The translations under genes were made by a program, and so were the position numbers. Shown here in pieces: positions 51,862 through 64,000 of a stretch of 64,000 bases of DNA (positions within the stretch are counted from its first letter, which is position 1; each line of letters begins with the position of its first letter). The notes under the pieces are model-generated. The model searched no databases. It worked only from the letters and a program-made list of their open reading frames with translations, and had not been told where the DNA came from. Source of the DNA: Rhizophagus irregularis. Taxonomy: Eukaryota. Where the stretch lies: positions 4,092,001 through 4,156,000 of the forward strand of contig NC_089429.1 of assembly GCF_026210795.1 (NCBI RefSeq). The letters are read 5' to 3'.

Positions 51862-52219
51862 ATTTTTTATATAGTTTTCTAAGGACCTTACTAATACATT
51901 ACTAGATCACAGAACGCAAACAACATAAAATTTCGGCAGGACTTTACTAGGTTAATGTTATGAAACGTTATTTACTTTCTGACACTGCATGTTTCGTGTA
52001 AGTTAACTGTCGACAATAACTAGACAAGATATTGAGTCTCACTCAAAAAGTTAATAAACGAACTGGTATCATTGACTTATCAACTTTATAGTGTGTTGTA
52101 TTTTGTCAACAAATTTGAACTAGATTCGTGACTAAAAAGTTTTCTTGATGAGAATAAATGATAATATGAATACAGAAAATCTAATACGCTGATTCATGTG
52201 TTTCTTTCAACACAGGAAA

Positions 52220-52900
52220 ATGCGTTCTGTCAACATCAATTGTCTAGTTCTAGGAATGCCATTCAGAAATATAATCTCTATCAAAATTAAAGAAAACGAA
52301 ACGATTGGCGAACTCAAAAGACGTATTAAAGCTGAAAAAGATTACTTCGAAACTGCTGGCGCAAGCGACCTCAGATTATGGCGTACAAATACTCGTATAG
52401 GAAGCAGTAATGCAATTCCTTCTTTTGATCTTTCCGATAGCAACGAAATATTGTCATATTTTCAAATCAAAGATATTTGGAAAGAAGATCCTCCCAAATC
52501 TAATCTCCACATAGTTGTTAAAATCGAAGGTTAGTGTTGCTTTTTGCTTACGTTGGTCTTCCATTACAATAAATAACAAAAATACTTGCAATCAGTTGTT
52601 GCCCTCAACTGTATAATTTCTGGATACCCTTCTGATACGTATTACCGATTGAAATTTCTATAAAAAGAAATGTTGGCGAACTTAAGTCTATGATCAAAAA
52701 ATGATGGAAACCTCTCTTTAGTCATATTGTTTCCAACGAACTAAAACTCATGGCTATAAACGTCCCTCCTAATCAGGTTATTGCATATGAAGAAGACAAG
52801 TGTCTCATGAAAAACTTGGACAAAATTAAGAGCGTTTTCACTAATTCAATCTACAATTATAACTTCGACCATCTTCATGTGATGATAAGTTCAAATACCT
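52220..52900 (+). pseudogene. Tandem CRN-type ubiquitin-like header domains, second copy decayed
   Basis: INCLVLG...TIGELKRRIK...LRLWR...LHIVV, then after an intron LNCIISG...VGELKSMIK...LHVMI with a frameshift and stop. Confidence 0.7.
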
Positions 52901-55900
52901 GAAAGTAAGTACATTGTAAAGCCATTTATAAAAAACTATATATGAGAAGCACGAGAAACAATTCCAATGGAAGATCACCCACGCAACGGTAACATTAGTC
53001 AAATTGAAGGACAAGTATTTCTCAGAACTTCATAATATTGAAAACCAGTCTATTAATCTTTATAGAACACATGATGGAAACACCCAAGGGGAATTTATTC
53101 GAAGTGATTCCATGCTAGAGCGTATCATGTGGTGGAAAGTTTTATAGAATCGATGTTAGTATAATCATCGAAGTTCAACACGAATAGCTACATCAAAATA
53201 CTAGATTGTGTAAACAATTCATATTTTTGTATTTAAAGAACAGTTATATTTATGTACAAAAAAATAGAGACTTGCAATATTAGAATGATAAATAATTTCC
53301 ACGAAGTCTTCTACTTTAACATAAGGTACGACTCATCATCTCGGAATATTGTTTTTTTTAATGAAGGCGTTGCATAGAAATGTAGATTACACTACAATAA
53401 ATTTCGTGTTTATTGCGCCCTATCTTATTGGAGACACTTTAGAAGATTAATCTGTTATCTATTAGCGTACGCTAAGTGGACAAAGTGGACAATTATTTTT
53501 GACCACAGATATTAACAACATATAAAAAGGATCCTTTAGTGTACAAAAACAACAGATTTAATTCAGCCAAACCACGTAAGTACGCCACATGGGTACCTAT
53601 AACTGAAGAGAATCAATCATCTATTAATTTATTATCGTAACAAAAACACAATGCATTCATTGCTTTATTCTAGTTGGAAAAAATAGAATGCACTTACAAT
53701 CAGAAGACATAAACTCAGAAAGTTAATTACATTTGTGGAAATTCTGCTACAAAAATTTTACATACAAGTTCAGTCCCGAATGATATGTGGTCAGAGGCGC
53801 AAGTTGAGTAGTTACCCTTATATTCTGATTTTGCAACCGGTTCCTACGCAAGATATATTTTACATAGAATTTATATAGAAATAGGTTTAATGATGGTTCT
53901 GCGAAATATGATTATGTATCGCATCAGACAATTGCATGCAATAAACTGTCACGATTATCATTTAGTTATTTTTTGTTGATAATTATTTGGTATACAGTCT
54001 GGTATACATGGTCTACGTAGAACAATACATGAATTTTGTCTACGTGAGGCATGTGAAGGGAGATAGCCAACTGTGACCCAAAGTCATAGTTCGTAGTTGT
54101 GAACAGTGATAAACATTTAGCACTAGTGTGACTGACTCACACAAAAACAAATTCAGATAGTTCTGTGATAAAGAATAATGTAAATCGTTTATTAAATTAA
54201 TGATGCGTGCCCTTTGAGTAGTCTCAGACTGGTGCAAAGCATCGTTTCGAAGAAGTGAAGTACATTTCTCTATGATGATGGTACTGTGTGATTCTCGGGA
54301 TGGGGGATAATGTATGCGATACAGAGTAACTTAAACTATCCTTTTGGAATTCTAAATATTCGACACATGGTTGACAATTTTCCTTATAACTATTTGTTCC
54401 AGTTTTGTATCTCTTATAAAAATGCGATTCAGAGTTATGTAATAATTTTTTTTGCCTGCAATTCACGAATGCTTTATTTATCATTAAAAAATAAACTTGG
54501 TTCTATTAAGAATACGAAATAATCAAACCGATATATACCCGATATAGTCAGTCTCTATTTCCCCGTTTCGATTACTAAATATTTTGTGGCCGAAGCCTCT
54601 TTGCATACTCTTTTCCTCTTAAAGTTGTGATTCGTATATGATTATTGGGAAAATTGTCAGCAATAAACCTATTCCGTGGGAAAACAAATATCCGAAAAAA
54701 AAGTAGTTTTCATTGTGGCACAGGTAATCAGTAATCATTGATCGTTTCCAAAAAGCCGTTACAAATGAATCCCGCAGCACAAAAAATTGCCCAACAACGA
54801 GACTGTGACCTTAGGGTCACGGTTGCCTTATTAAAGTAAAACTGAGGTACAAATCTGGTAAATCTGGTAACGATCACATTGTGGCTTATGCCTTATAACT
54901 TATTTGTAGATTGCGTAGCAATTCTTTTTTTTCGAAAAGTTGTAATTTCCTAAATCTTGTATTATATGGGATAAAAACTGTTTACTGTATTTTGAATATT
55001 GCAACATTATACCCCGTGTGGAAATCTTTCTAAGACGTGTTTCTTGTTTGGGTAGACTATTTTTTGTACCCATAGGCAGAAACATTTGCGATCAACAGCA
55101 CTTTAACTGTATATGATTAATAGACAAAGCGATTACAAAAGAAAATCATGTTTCCGATGAAATGAACTACCTCACTACACTGAAGGAAGATAAAAAGTAG
55201 TATTAATGTGTGGATCAGTCTCCTGCGGCTTCAGGTATAGTATATATTACCATTATTTTTTCGTTTTTGTATGTACGGTATTTGTAATTAATGTTTATTA
55301 ATCATAACACGATATTCTTATTAATAGCACAATCGATTTCATATGAAACGAAACCACCTGAAAATCTACAATGAGGAACAAGAATATATAAAGAGTATTT
55401 GATGATTCATTGTTATCCGAAAAAAATGTTGAGAAGAAATTCGTTAACTATATGTAGCAAGATTGGATTCTTGAAGAAAGAACTTGTATATAGAAACTTG
55501 TAAGTCACATATTAAATTTTTTTGTACACGTTTTTTCATGATTCATTAATACAACATACAACAATAGTGCATAGGCAACAGTTGTCAAGGACATAGTTGA
55601 GAAGAGAGATGATCATAGTATACTGCTACGCAACCTTGGATTCCATTTTTTCTACACATAATTAACGAAGTAACACTTAAAAGTAGCTTTAGATAGTTCA
55701 CTGAAACTGGACAACATTGTCATCAGTCGGAAGCTGCTCAAAGAGCACATGTAATATTTTATTTGTTCTCGTATTTTATATTTTTATGAGTTCCTGTCAG
55801 GATAACCTATTAATTTCCACCTCGCTCTTTTCTAAATGTCCACAACTAATAGACACAACAATAGTGTGAAAAAAATAAAGCTACTCATTTTTTATATTGC

Positions 55901-56752
55901 ACAAAAATCCCCAATGTTTTTAATGACCAAATTCTCCCTAGTGAATGATTATCGTTATACCCCCTCTTTTTATTGTATTTTTCGATCTGGATGACAACAC
56001 ATTATCAAACGGCAATATACATGTTATTTCGTTTCGAATGAACCCCCATTTTATAAGTTGACAGACGATAACTATTCTTACTTTAGCATGTACAGATATT
56101 AACCGATCCTTACAGTGTCACCCATTGACACTGCCTTTTCTTCGAAAAGTCAGTTGTATACCAGTAAGAATACCAGTGTCCATCTTTGAGCAATCAGCTA
56201 AACATCTGTACAAGAACATAAAAATAACATTACTATCAACTATACACGTTGTAACATCTCTCTAATTAACCGAAAATATGTGTATTACATAGATGCGTAT
56301 TTTTAATTGGTTTTCTCATAGTGTTACAAAACCAAAGGTGACAAATCACTATGCGTAGGACATAATTCTTGGTTTGGCTGGTCTTCGATATTAATATTAA
56401 TTGTGTTTAATTTAGTATATTTTTCGTATTCATTTCAATCGGAGACTGCTTGAAGGGCACAGAAAGTGTAATATAGTGTTCTGCTAGTCTGGTTCATTCA
56501 ATAAATTACCAATGTCATTGTTAAATATGTCCAATATATACTGTTCACAAATATAAGAGATATATATTTTGCTTACCACTGTATACTAGAGAAATTTACT
56601 AGAGATATAGGATACAAAAAAGGGTACGTTCACTAATTTCTCTAAGTAGCGTAATAAAGTATTGGAAATAGGTAATCTGAGAACATCTCATTGGAATAAA
56701 ATAATTTCTTCAATCTTTGAGAACGGGTCACATGATACCCTGAACAAATGCG

Positions 56753-57001
56753 ATCTACCCCAGTATCGCCAGAAAATTTTTTCACCCCCACGTGACTTTG
56801 GCAGGCATTATGAGATTTGGCTGGAATTAAGAAATTAACCATGTGTCGAATAACGTGTGACGAATAGGATTTTAGACACCGGAAAAAATTAAGTCCCCAG
56901 AATACTTATAAAAAATGAGAAAGTGGAGGGATGTGACACAGGTGACAAATTATTTAGGGTCACGTGGGGTGGAAAAATTTTCTGGCGATACTGGGGAAGA
57001 T
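56753..57001. mobile_element. MULE-like MITE
   Basis: TIR CCCCAGTATCGCCAGAAAATTTTTTCACCCCACGTGAC and its inverse; TSD AACAAATGCG/AACAAATGTG. Confidence 0.85.
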
Positions 57002-59057
57002 AACAAATGTGTAAAGTGTCATATGATAACTTTAGCTATTTATGGAGTGTGCATTATGTGTAACTCTATTAGCCGGCAACACAAAAATGGTACAATGATG
57101 CAATGACTACTAAAATAAATTGCGTATAACAATCAGCCACAATAGCCGCAGCAGTTATTTTTATATACCCCTTTTCTACTTGTATTACAAATTTATTCGG
57201 GAGTAAAAATTATTTTATCCACAACAATCATAAATGAATCTCTCACGTTGGCAGAAGAGATAAGACCGACACTGTTTTCAACTTTTTGTGTAAGGACAAG
57301 GCTTAGAAACTTGGATATTATTTCGGAAGGAAGAATTATTTGTCGTGCCTACTACAAGATTAACTTGAAATATACAGAACGAAGTTAGAATCTACAATTC
57401 TCGTGGGTTTAGGAGTACAAAGAGAAAAAAATATGTATCTCTGTCAGAAGAAGTCTTAACAAAATACGGCATTAATTTTAATGGTAACAGAGACTCACAT
57501 CTACGTAATTCAAGATGACAATGAACGTTTCAATTGTATGGCAGATTGTTATTCAGGATGAAGCATTATGGGTCCTTAGTCATAGATAGTTTAAGAATCT
57601 ATGCGTAACGAAGTATGTTTCGTTCATACTTCATATTGCTTCTCATATTGCAGGAGGTACGACGAATAAGGATTTAAGGTATGAAGCCTGAATATGAATA
57701 ACTGGAGATACAATTTCTGGTGCTCGCACTGAGCGTTTTGCCCTATGAACCTAGGTTCCTAGAACCTCTTCTGTTAACAGCGTGGTTGAGCGGCAAGACG
57801 GTCATTCTATTACGTTGATAATTATTAGACGAGATATATACAAGGAAAAATCTCCATGATTTTCTAGTGCGTAGCACCCCTCGAAGAGTGATACACGTTC
57901 TCTCATTTACTTGTAATGATAGTTGATTTAACACGAATTATGCTCCATATTATAGTTTTACTCTCTTTCAATAATGATAAGTATATACTTTTATTCAGAG
58001 ATTGAGCTACGCCCAAATATCAATTATAGCATTATTACGTCAAATTAAATTCTTAACGTACACAGCCACACACTTAACCTATTTAGGTTAGCATTTAGCT
58101 ATTTTCATGACAACGATATTAATAAATATTTTGCTATACCCTTGGTAAATTTTATAGGACATATATTTTTCATGATATACGAAACAAAAGCGGAGTTGAT
58201 ATATGTATTTGACAAAGATCAATATCCTCCAGAAATTAAAGAACATCTCTCGTGATTCATTCTAAAACACATGAATATGATTAAACAATAAAATTTCATT
58301 AGTACATTAAACCGTGTATATGCACATGTATTCTTTTCTCCTTAATCTCTACCTTGTGATAATTTTTCGTCAAAAGGTAAGATGTTTCAACTATGGCGCA
58401 GTTACATGTGATTAGTTTGTGACAGTCTACTAAACTACCCCAACGGCACCCAGAAAATTCTTCGAACTCGGCCGGCGTTATGCACTGACACGTGATCGAA
58501 GAATTTAGGATGTGATGAATAAAACGTGACAAATAGAATTTCATCTACTTGAAAAAATCCAAGTCCCTCAGATAAATATAAACAGTGAAACTCGGACAGG
58601 GCGTGACTAGTGTTTGGATCCGTAACCGGATTCAACCGGATATATCTGGATAATTTTTTTTTTCGGATATCCGGATAATTGCGGTTTTTATCCGGATAAG
58701 AAACCGGTTAAAAATTATTCAGGTTGACCCGGAATCCGGATAAAAAAAAATTTTTTTTTGATTTTAATTTTATCCTTTTAATTTTCATTTCATTTGTAAA
58801 ATATTCTATTTGTATCATTGATTTATTAATAAAAAAAGATTTATTTGTCTAATAAAATTATTTTATCATGATTTAGAATTTATTTTATGTAATACAATAA
58901 ATCTTATACTGTTAAAATAGAATTATTCAATAAAAGAGTAAAAAAATATAACTTACTAAAAGATTTATCATTTTATTTAATAAAAATAAAATTCACTTTA
59001 TTTAAAAACATTTACATAATAAAAATAAGACACTAACAAAAATAAATTTAATATCAA

Positions 59058-61401
59058 TTATTCTAATACATCCTCATCCTCCACAAAATCATTATTTTCC
59101 ACTTCTAAATCTGGTGGAAATACATTAATATGATCTATAGTTTGCATGTTGCGTTTTAAAAATACCATTTTTCTTACTAAACCAGGATCTAATAAACTTC
59201 TTTTTGCCGTAATGTGATTCCCTGCATCAGAAAAAAGTCGCTCAGAAGCTACAGAAGTAGCAGGAATTCCTAAGTATTTTTGTGCAATAATAGAAAGAAT
59301 TGGAAAAATTTCTTTTTTAGTCTTCCACCAATTTAATGGATTTTTATTTTCTCTAGCAACTGGCAAGAGAAAATAAGTAGTAATTTCATCAGCTATTGTT
59401 GATGATGCAGTAGATTTTTCTGTTGTTTGAAATACTTTTCTTATTGATTTTTCACGCATCTCTCTATACTCATGTAAAGATCTTGTACTGGGAGTTGAAC
59501 TTCTACTAGTATCAGCTGAAATTGTTGAAATTGGTGTAATTGTGGGTGATGGTGGAGTACTAATTTGTTGTTGCATTTCTCTTTTCAACTGATCATATTG
59601 TATCTGTAAACTTGAATGAATTTTTACTTTTATATTTTCATCAGATATAAAATTAAGATCTTTATATCGTGGGTCTAAAAGTACTGCCATAATGCCAAAC
59701 TCATCTGGCATTGACCAGTAGTGTTTTAAGCCTATATATATATTTTTTTTTACATTTTTTAAAACTTCTGAAATATTATTATAATCTATTCCAGTTGACT
59801 GGTTAGTTAAATTCTCTTCTGTATCAGATATAATGGTATTATCATCAGGTTCTTCATATTCCTCATGTAAATTATCAACTGGTTTTAAGGAATTTGTAAG
59901 ATTTGTAATGATGGGGAACATTTGACTTAATGTTATATAGGTACTTCCAGAAAAATCTCGTGTAGCTTTTTCAAATGGTGCTAATATATTACATAATTCA
60001 TCCAATAATTCCCATTCATTATCCTTTAACACAAGTTTTTTTAATCTATTACCATCAGCTTTTTCTTCAGGTTTGAGAGAACATGACAAATTTATATTTA
60101 GTTGAAGTACTGCATATTGAAGAAAAATAAGCCTATCCCATGCTAAATAAGAAGAGTTCCACCTTAAATAATCAAATAAAATTACATCAAATTTTAATTA
60201 AAATTATAATAATAAAATATTAAAATTTAATTGAATAGTAATTAATTAAATGTAAAAAATTTACCTAGTAGATATATCTTGTATTAAATGGTATGTTTCT
60301 TCATAACCAATGTCTTTTTAAACGTTAATCAGTCTTTCAATTTGTTTTTGAGTGGAAAAAAAATTGATTAATTGTTTTACACGTGATACCAAATCTTCTA
60401 CAACCTTTAAACCTTTATTAATTGCCAATTGTAAGGTAGGGCAGCACAGGAGAGTCTTTTAATTGGTTCTAAATCTCGAATGGCAGCTACTATATTAGCT
60501 CCATTATCTGCTGTTATTGATATAATCTGGCTTTCAATTTCCCATTTTTGAATAGCTTTTTTGATTACTTCAGTAATTGCTTGTGGGGTTGGAAAATAAG
60601 AAATTTCAAGCAAAACATCCATTATTTCAAAATCTTTATTGATCCAAGTTGCTGTTAAACCCAAATATCCATGTTTTGAATGAGAAGACTATAAATCAGT
60701 AGTTAAAGATATTGATTGAGCAGTTTTTAAAAGTAGCTTTAATTTATCTCTATTATACCCATAACTACGAGCAATCATCATTCTTATTTTTTTTGCTCCA
60801 GGAACTGTGAATATTGGATCAATAATATGCATATGCTCAATATAGGCCTTATTAGTTACAGTAGAAAGTGGTTGGGTTGTTAAAAGAATCCATCGTAATG
60901 TAGATAATTATTTTTCTTTTTGTCCATTAATATTGGACATAGTAGATTGAGTTGGCATTGATTTATTTTCAGATGTAATACTTTCTGTAGGTGGTGTAAT
61001 TCCGTGTTTAATAGCATGGTAACTAAGATTTCCTGTAGATCCATCTGTTTTGAACATTTTTTCCCATTTTCTAATATAAACTGACAATATGCACGTACCT
61101 CTTCACTTTCATTTTGCTTTTTAACAAAATAATCCCATACCCAACTTACTTTTGTTTGTGGCTTGATTTTTAAAGTAGTTTGCTTAAAGGGATTTGAATC
61201 ATTTGATATTTGACTTGTTGATTCAAATGCAGTTAATGATTCTTGATCTGATTTTTCACTAGTACTTGCCATTTTTTGTTTTCCAAATGTTTTAGATGAT
61301 TTTGCAGGGCGTCCTCTTCTTGATGGTATTGGAGTAATTTCTGCAATTTCATCACTAGAACCTTCATTTTCACTTAAGACAATATAATTTTGATTTTCCA
61401 T
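59058..61401 (-). pseudogene. hAT transposase, frameshifted
   Basis: BED start SWVWDYF..CQF; TADNGANI; LSCAA; LLDPRYK; PATSVASERLFS. Multiple frameshifts and stops. Confidence 0.9.
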
Positions 61402-61589
61402 AATTTTATGAATTATTTTATTTATTCAATAAATGAAATTATAAAAAAAAATCCAGAAAGATGGAAAATAAATGCACTATTTATTTATTTTAATTAAGGC
61501 TTAGAGCTAGATTAATTTTGATAAAAAATAAATAATTCATGAATCAAAATTTAATTAATAAAATTTTGCAAATTTTAATTGGCACAAAT

Positions 61590-61965
61590 GTGCATAAATT
61601 TCAATCAAATAAATGCCACAAATTTAATTATATAAATGCCACGAATTTAATCATATAAATGCCATGAATTTAATTATATAAATGCCACGAATTTAATCAC
61701 ATAAATGCTATGAATTTAATTTAAATAAAGCCTTGCACAAATTTAAAGCCATCAATTAATCAAATAAATGCTATGAACTTAATCATATAAATGCCACGAA
61801 TTTAATTTAAATAAAGCCACAAATTAAAGCCATCAATTTAATCAAATAATGCCATGATTTTAATTAAATAAATGCCACGATTTTAACTAATAAATGCTAT
61901 TGTTTTTATGATTAATTAAATAATTGCCACGAATTTAATTAAAAGCCACAAATAAGTACCACGAA
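61590..61965 (+). repeat. About 23-bp tandem repeat (ATAAATGCCACGAATTTAAT) in the hAT 5' region
   Basis: More than 10 imperfect copies. Confidence 0.8.
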
Positions 61966-63006
61966 ATTTATTTATTAGGTTCCACAAAATTATCTGTTAA
62001 AACCGATCTACAAAAAAAATTTTTATATAAATTTATCTGGATTTCGGTTTTTATCTGGATATATCCGGATTTTTATCCGAAATGGATAACCCGGATAAAA
62101 CTGGATAATTTTTTTATTTTATCCGGATGACGGTTTCTATCCGAATCCAAATACTAGGCGTGACGATGTGATAAATAAAAACAGATCACGTGATCAAAGA
62201 ATTTTTCTGGGTGCTGTTGGGTTATATCAGTCTACTACTCTACTCACGTGACTTTACAGTTGTTGACCAATTAACATCTTACTTAAGACTGTGACCTTGG
62301 GTCATGCATGTGAAAAAAGTTTACCTGAAAAATATGCATCTGGTATGTTACATGAGGATACAAATTGTACCACCAGAAGTACGAAATATATTTATCGCAG
62401 TTAATGCAGTAAATGAACCAATTACGTTATTTTGTACATATTTGTACCAAATGTATATAATAGAACTGGACTCCGTTTCAAGTTGTGTCTTGCTCTATAG
62501 TTAAAATTCCAGGACATTTTTTATAAACATAAATGGCCAAAAAACGAGAAATATAGGACTTACTAGCGTTATTTATCACTTATTATCACTACGAAAACTG
62601 TTACTTATTCTCTTTCGACTTCAGATTTAGTATAAAATAATGTTAGAAACATACACTTTGTTCCATTCTATTCCTTATCAATATAAAAATACGATTTGTG
62701 CTTATTTTAGTATTAAAAATTATACCGCTATTCCTTTTATTTCAACGTCTCTCAAAAGACTCTACCAAGCGATTCTTTAGTCTTTCTAGCGTCCTAGAAC
62801 AATTACTCGTAACTGCACCACAAAATCAAAATTAAAGGAAACAAGCTGATATTTATATCAGTCGGAGACTGCTCAAAGAGCAAAATGGTTTTTTTTTACA
62901 CAATATCACTGAAATAAAAATATTGTTGAATGCGTAAAAACAATATGACTCCAATACGCAAAATATGCACTCCAATACGCCAAATATGCTGATTTCTTTA
63001 CTATAG

Positions 63007-63440
63007 GATGAATATTATTCAGATAGGCTGAATGGATTACTGAGGGACAAGAAGATAATTGATCAATATGACTTTTATGATCTCGCTATTTCTAAGACTA
63101 TTGGCTCTGGAGGATCTGCTTCTGTTTACGCCACAAATTGGAAGAATACATTAACAGTTTATGCAATCAAAAAATCTGTTAATAACAAAGAGGTAGGTTT
63201 GTCACTGACAACATTTTTTATCTTATTTGTAAATTATTTATATAATATTTTCTTTTTTTTAGGTTTATTTAATGATCATGGCTAATTCTCATGAAAATAT
63301 AATTCAATTTCGTGGAGTTACAAAGTTTGAAGGTGAGTAACAATTACATATGCCTATATTTAAGTATTTTGTTAATGTATTGTTATTTTCTTAGATGAAA
63401 AAAATATTCGCTTATTATGTGCCGAAACGTATGAGCTCGT
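63007..63440 (+). pseudogene. Truncated protein kinase (TKL-like N-lobe)
   Basis: Exons give IGSGGSASVYATNWK...YAIKK | VYLM...HENIIQFRGVT. No catalytic loop follows. Confidence 0.75.
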
Positions 63441-64000
63441 TCCTATAGCACTGGCAGATATAAAATGAACCAAACTGTTTTGTATGTCTCAATCTGTGCT
63501 TCCAAATTTTAACAATTTATATGAAAATTGTTAATACAAAATGAATGTCAGCTGACCATCTGTGTGGCTTCAGGTGATACCTTTTCGAGTATGGGACATT
63601 TTTATTCAAAGTCCTGTCCCAAGTTCTGATTTTCTCATGCACAAACTGATTTGGGCGTTCATCAGATTGATTAGATTTAAATTTATTGAATGTGCCTTTG
63701 TGAGTTTTATTATTATTTGTTTATGCGAATTTTGGGGAGGATTATGCATCCTTCAACAATATCTAGAAATTCTCTTTTCGCACTTTGCAGCGAATTTAAA
63801 CTGCTTTTGTCTTAATTAAGGGCATTTGTTTATCACTTCATGCACCTTCCAGAGTGCACGCTTTGCGTTCCAATTTTTTATGCATAATACTTGGTGCATA
63901 CAATTACATTATTTAAGAGGGCTACTTCATTTTAAAAAAAAATTTCTTCTTTAAAATTGCTCTTTTCATAAAATATTATCCTCTTCTCCAATACTCTGAA

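Larger units (their letters stand above)
58608..62156 (-). mobile_element. hAT DNA transposon (second family)
   Basis: TIR TAGTGTTTGGAT/ATCCAAATACTA, 8-bp TSD GGCGTGAC, subterminal TCCGGA(TA) motifs. Confidence 0.93.
58433..62227. mobile_element. MULE-like MITE (about 240 bp) split by a hAT insertion
   Basis: CCCAACGGCACCCAGAAAATTCTT ... AAGAATTTTTCTGGGTGCTGTTGGG, 10-bp TSD CAGTCTACTA. Confidence 0.8.

Noticed and set aside
53200..58400. Exon/intron-like fragments (e.g. 55130-55750, 57280-57760)
   Set aside because: Stops in all frames and no identifiable family. Possibly old pseudogenes, but not assignable by eye.

Overview
AT-rich eukaryotic DNA with short spliceosomal introns. The gene set (Crinkler-type genes, a TKL-type kinase remnant, hAT/MULE/LINE families) suggests an arbuscular mycorrhizal fungus such as Rhizophagus; this is inference. 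The left 60% of the window lies between two long imperfect inverted repeats (1333/1357 and 39651/39652). They enclose an IS3EU-like DDE integrase, a multi-exon gene for a Cys/His N-terminus plus HECT-like E3 ligase, and a decayed cystathionine-beta-synthase fragment, which together look like a ~38 kb cargo-carrying transposon. Intron 1 of the HECT gene holds a nested stack with a TSD at every level: MULE > CACTG element > Tc1/pogo-like MITE > LINE > hAT. The CACTG element carries a tandem array of about 18 intron/micro-exon units. The right part has a small secreted beta-trefoil-like protein, a CRN header-NTPase-nuclease gene, a second Mutator-like element, a CRN header remnant, a second hAT nested in a MITE, and a kinase remnant. 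Many MITEs are scattered throughout. All boundaries and translations were read by eye and no database searches were run.
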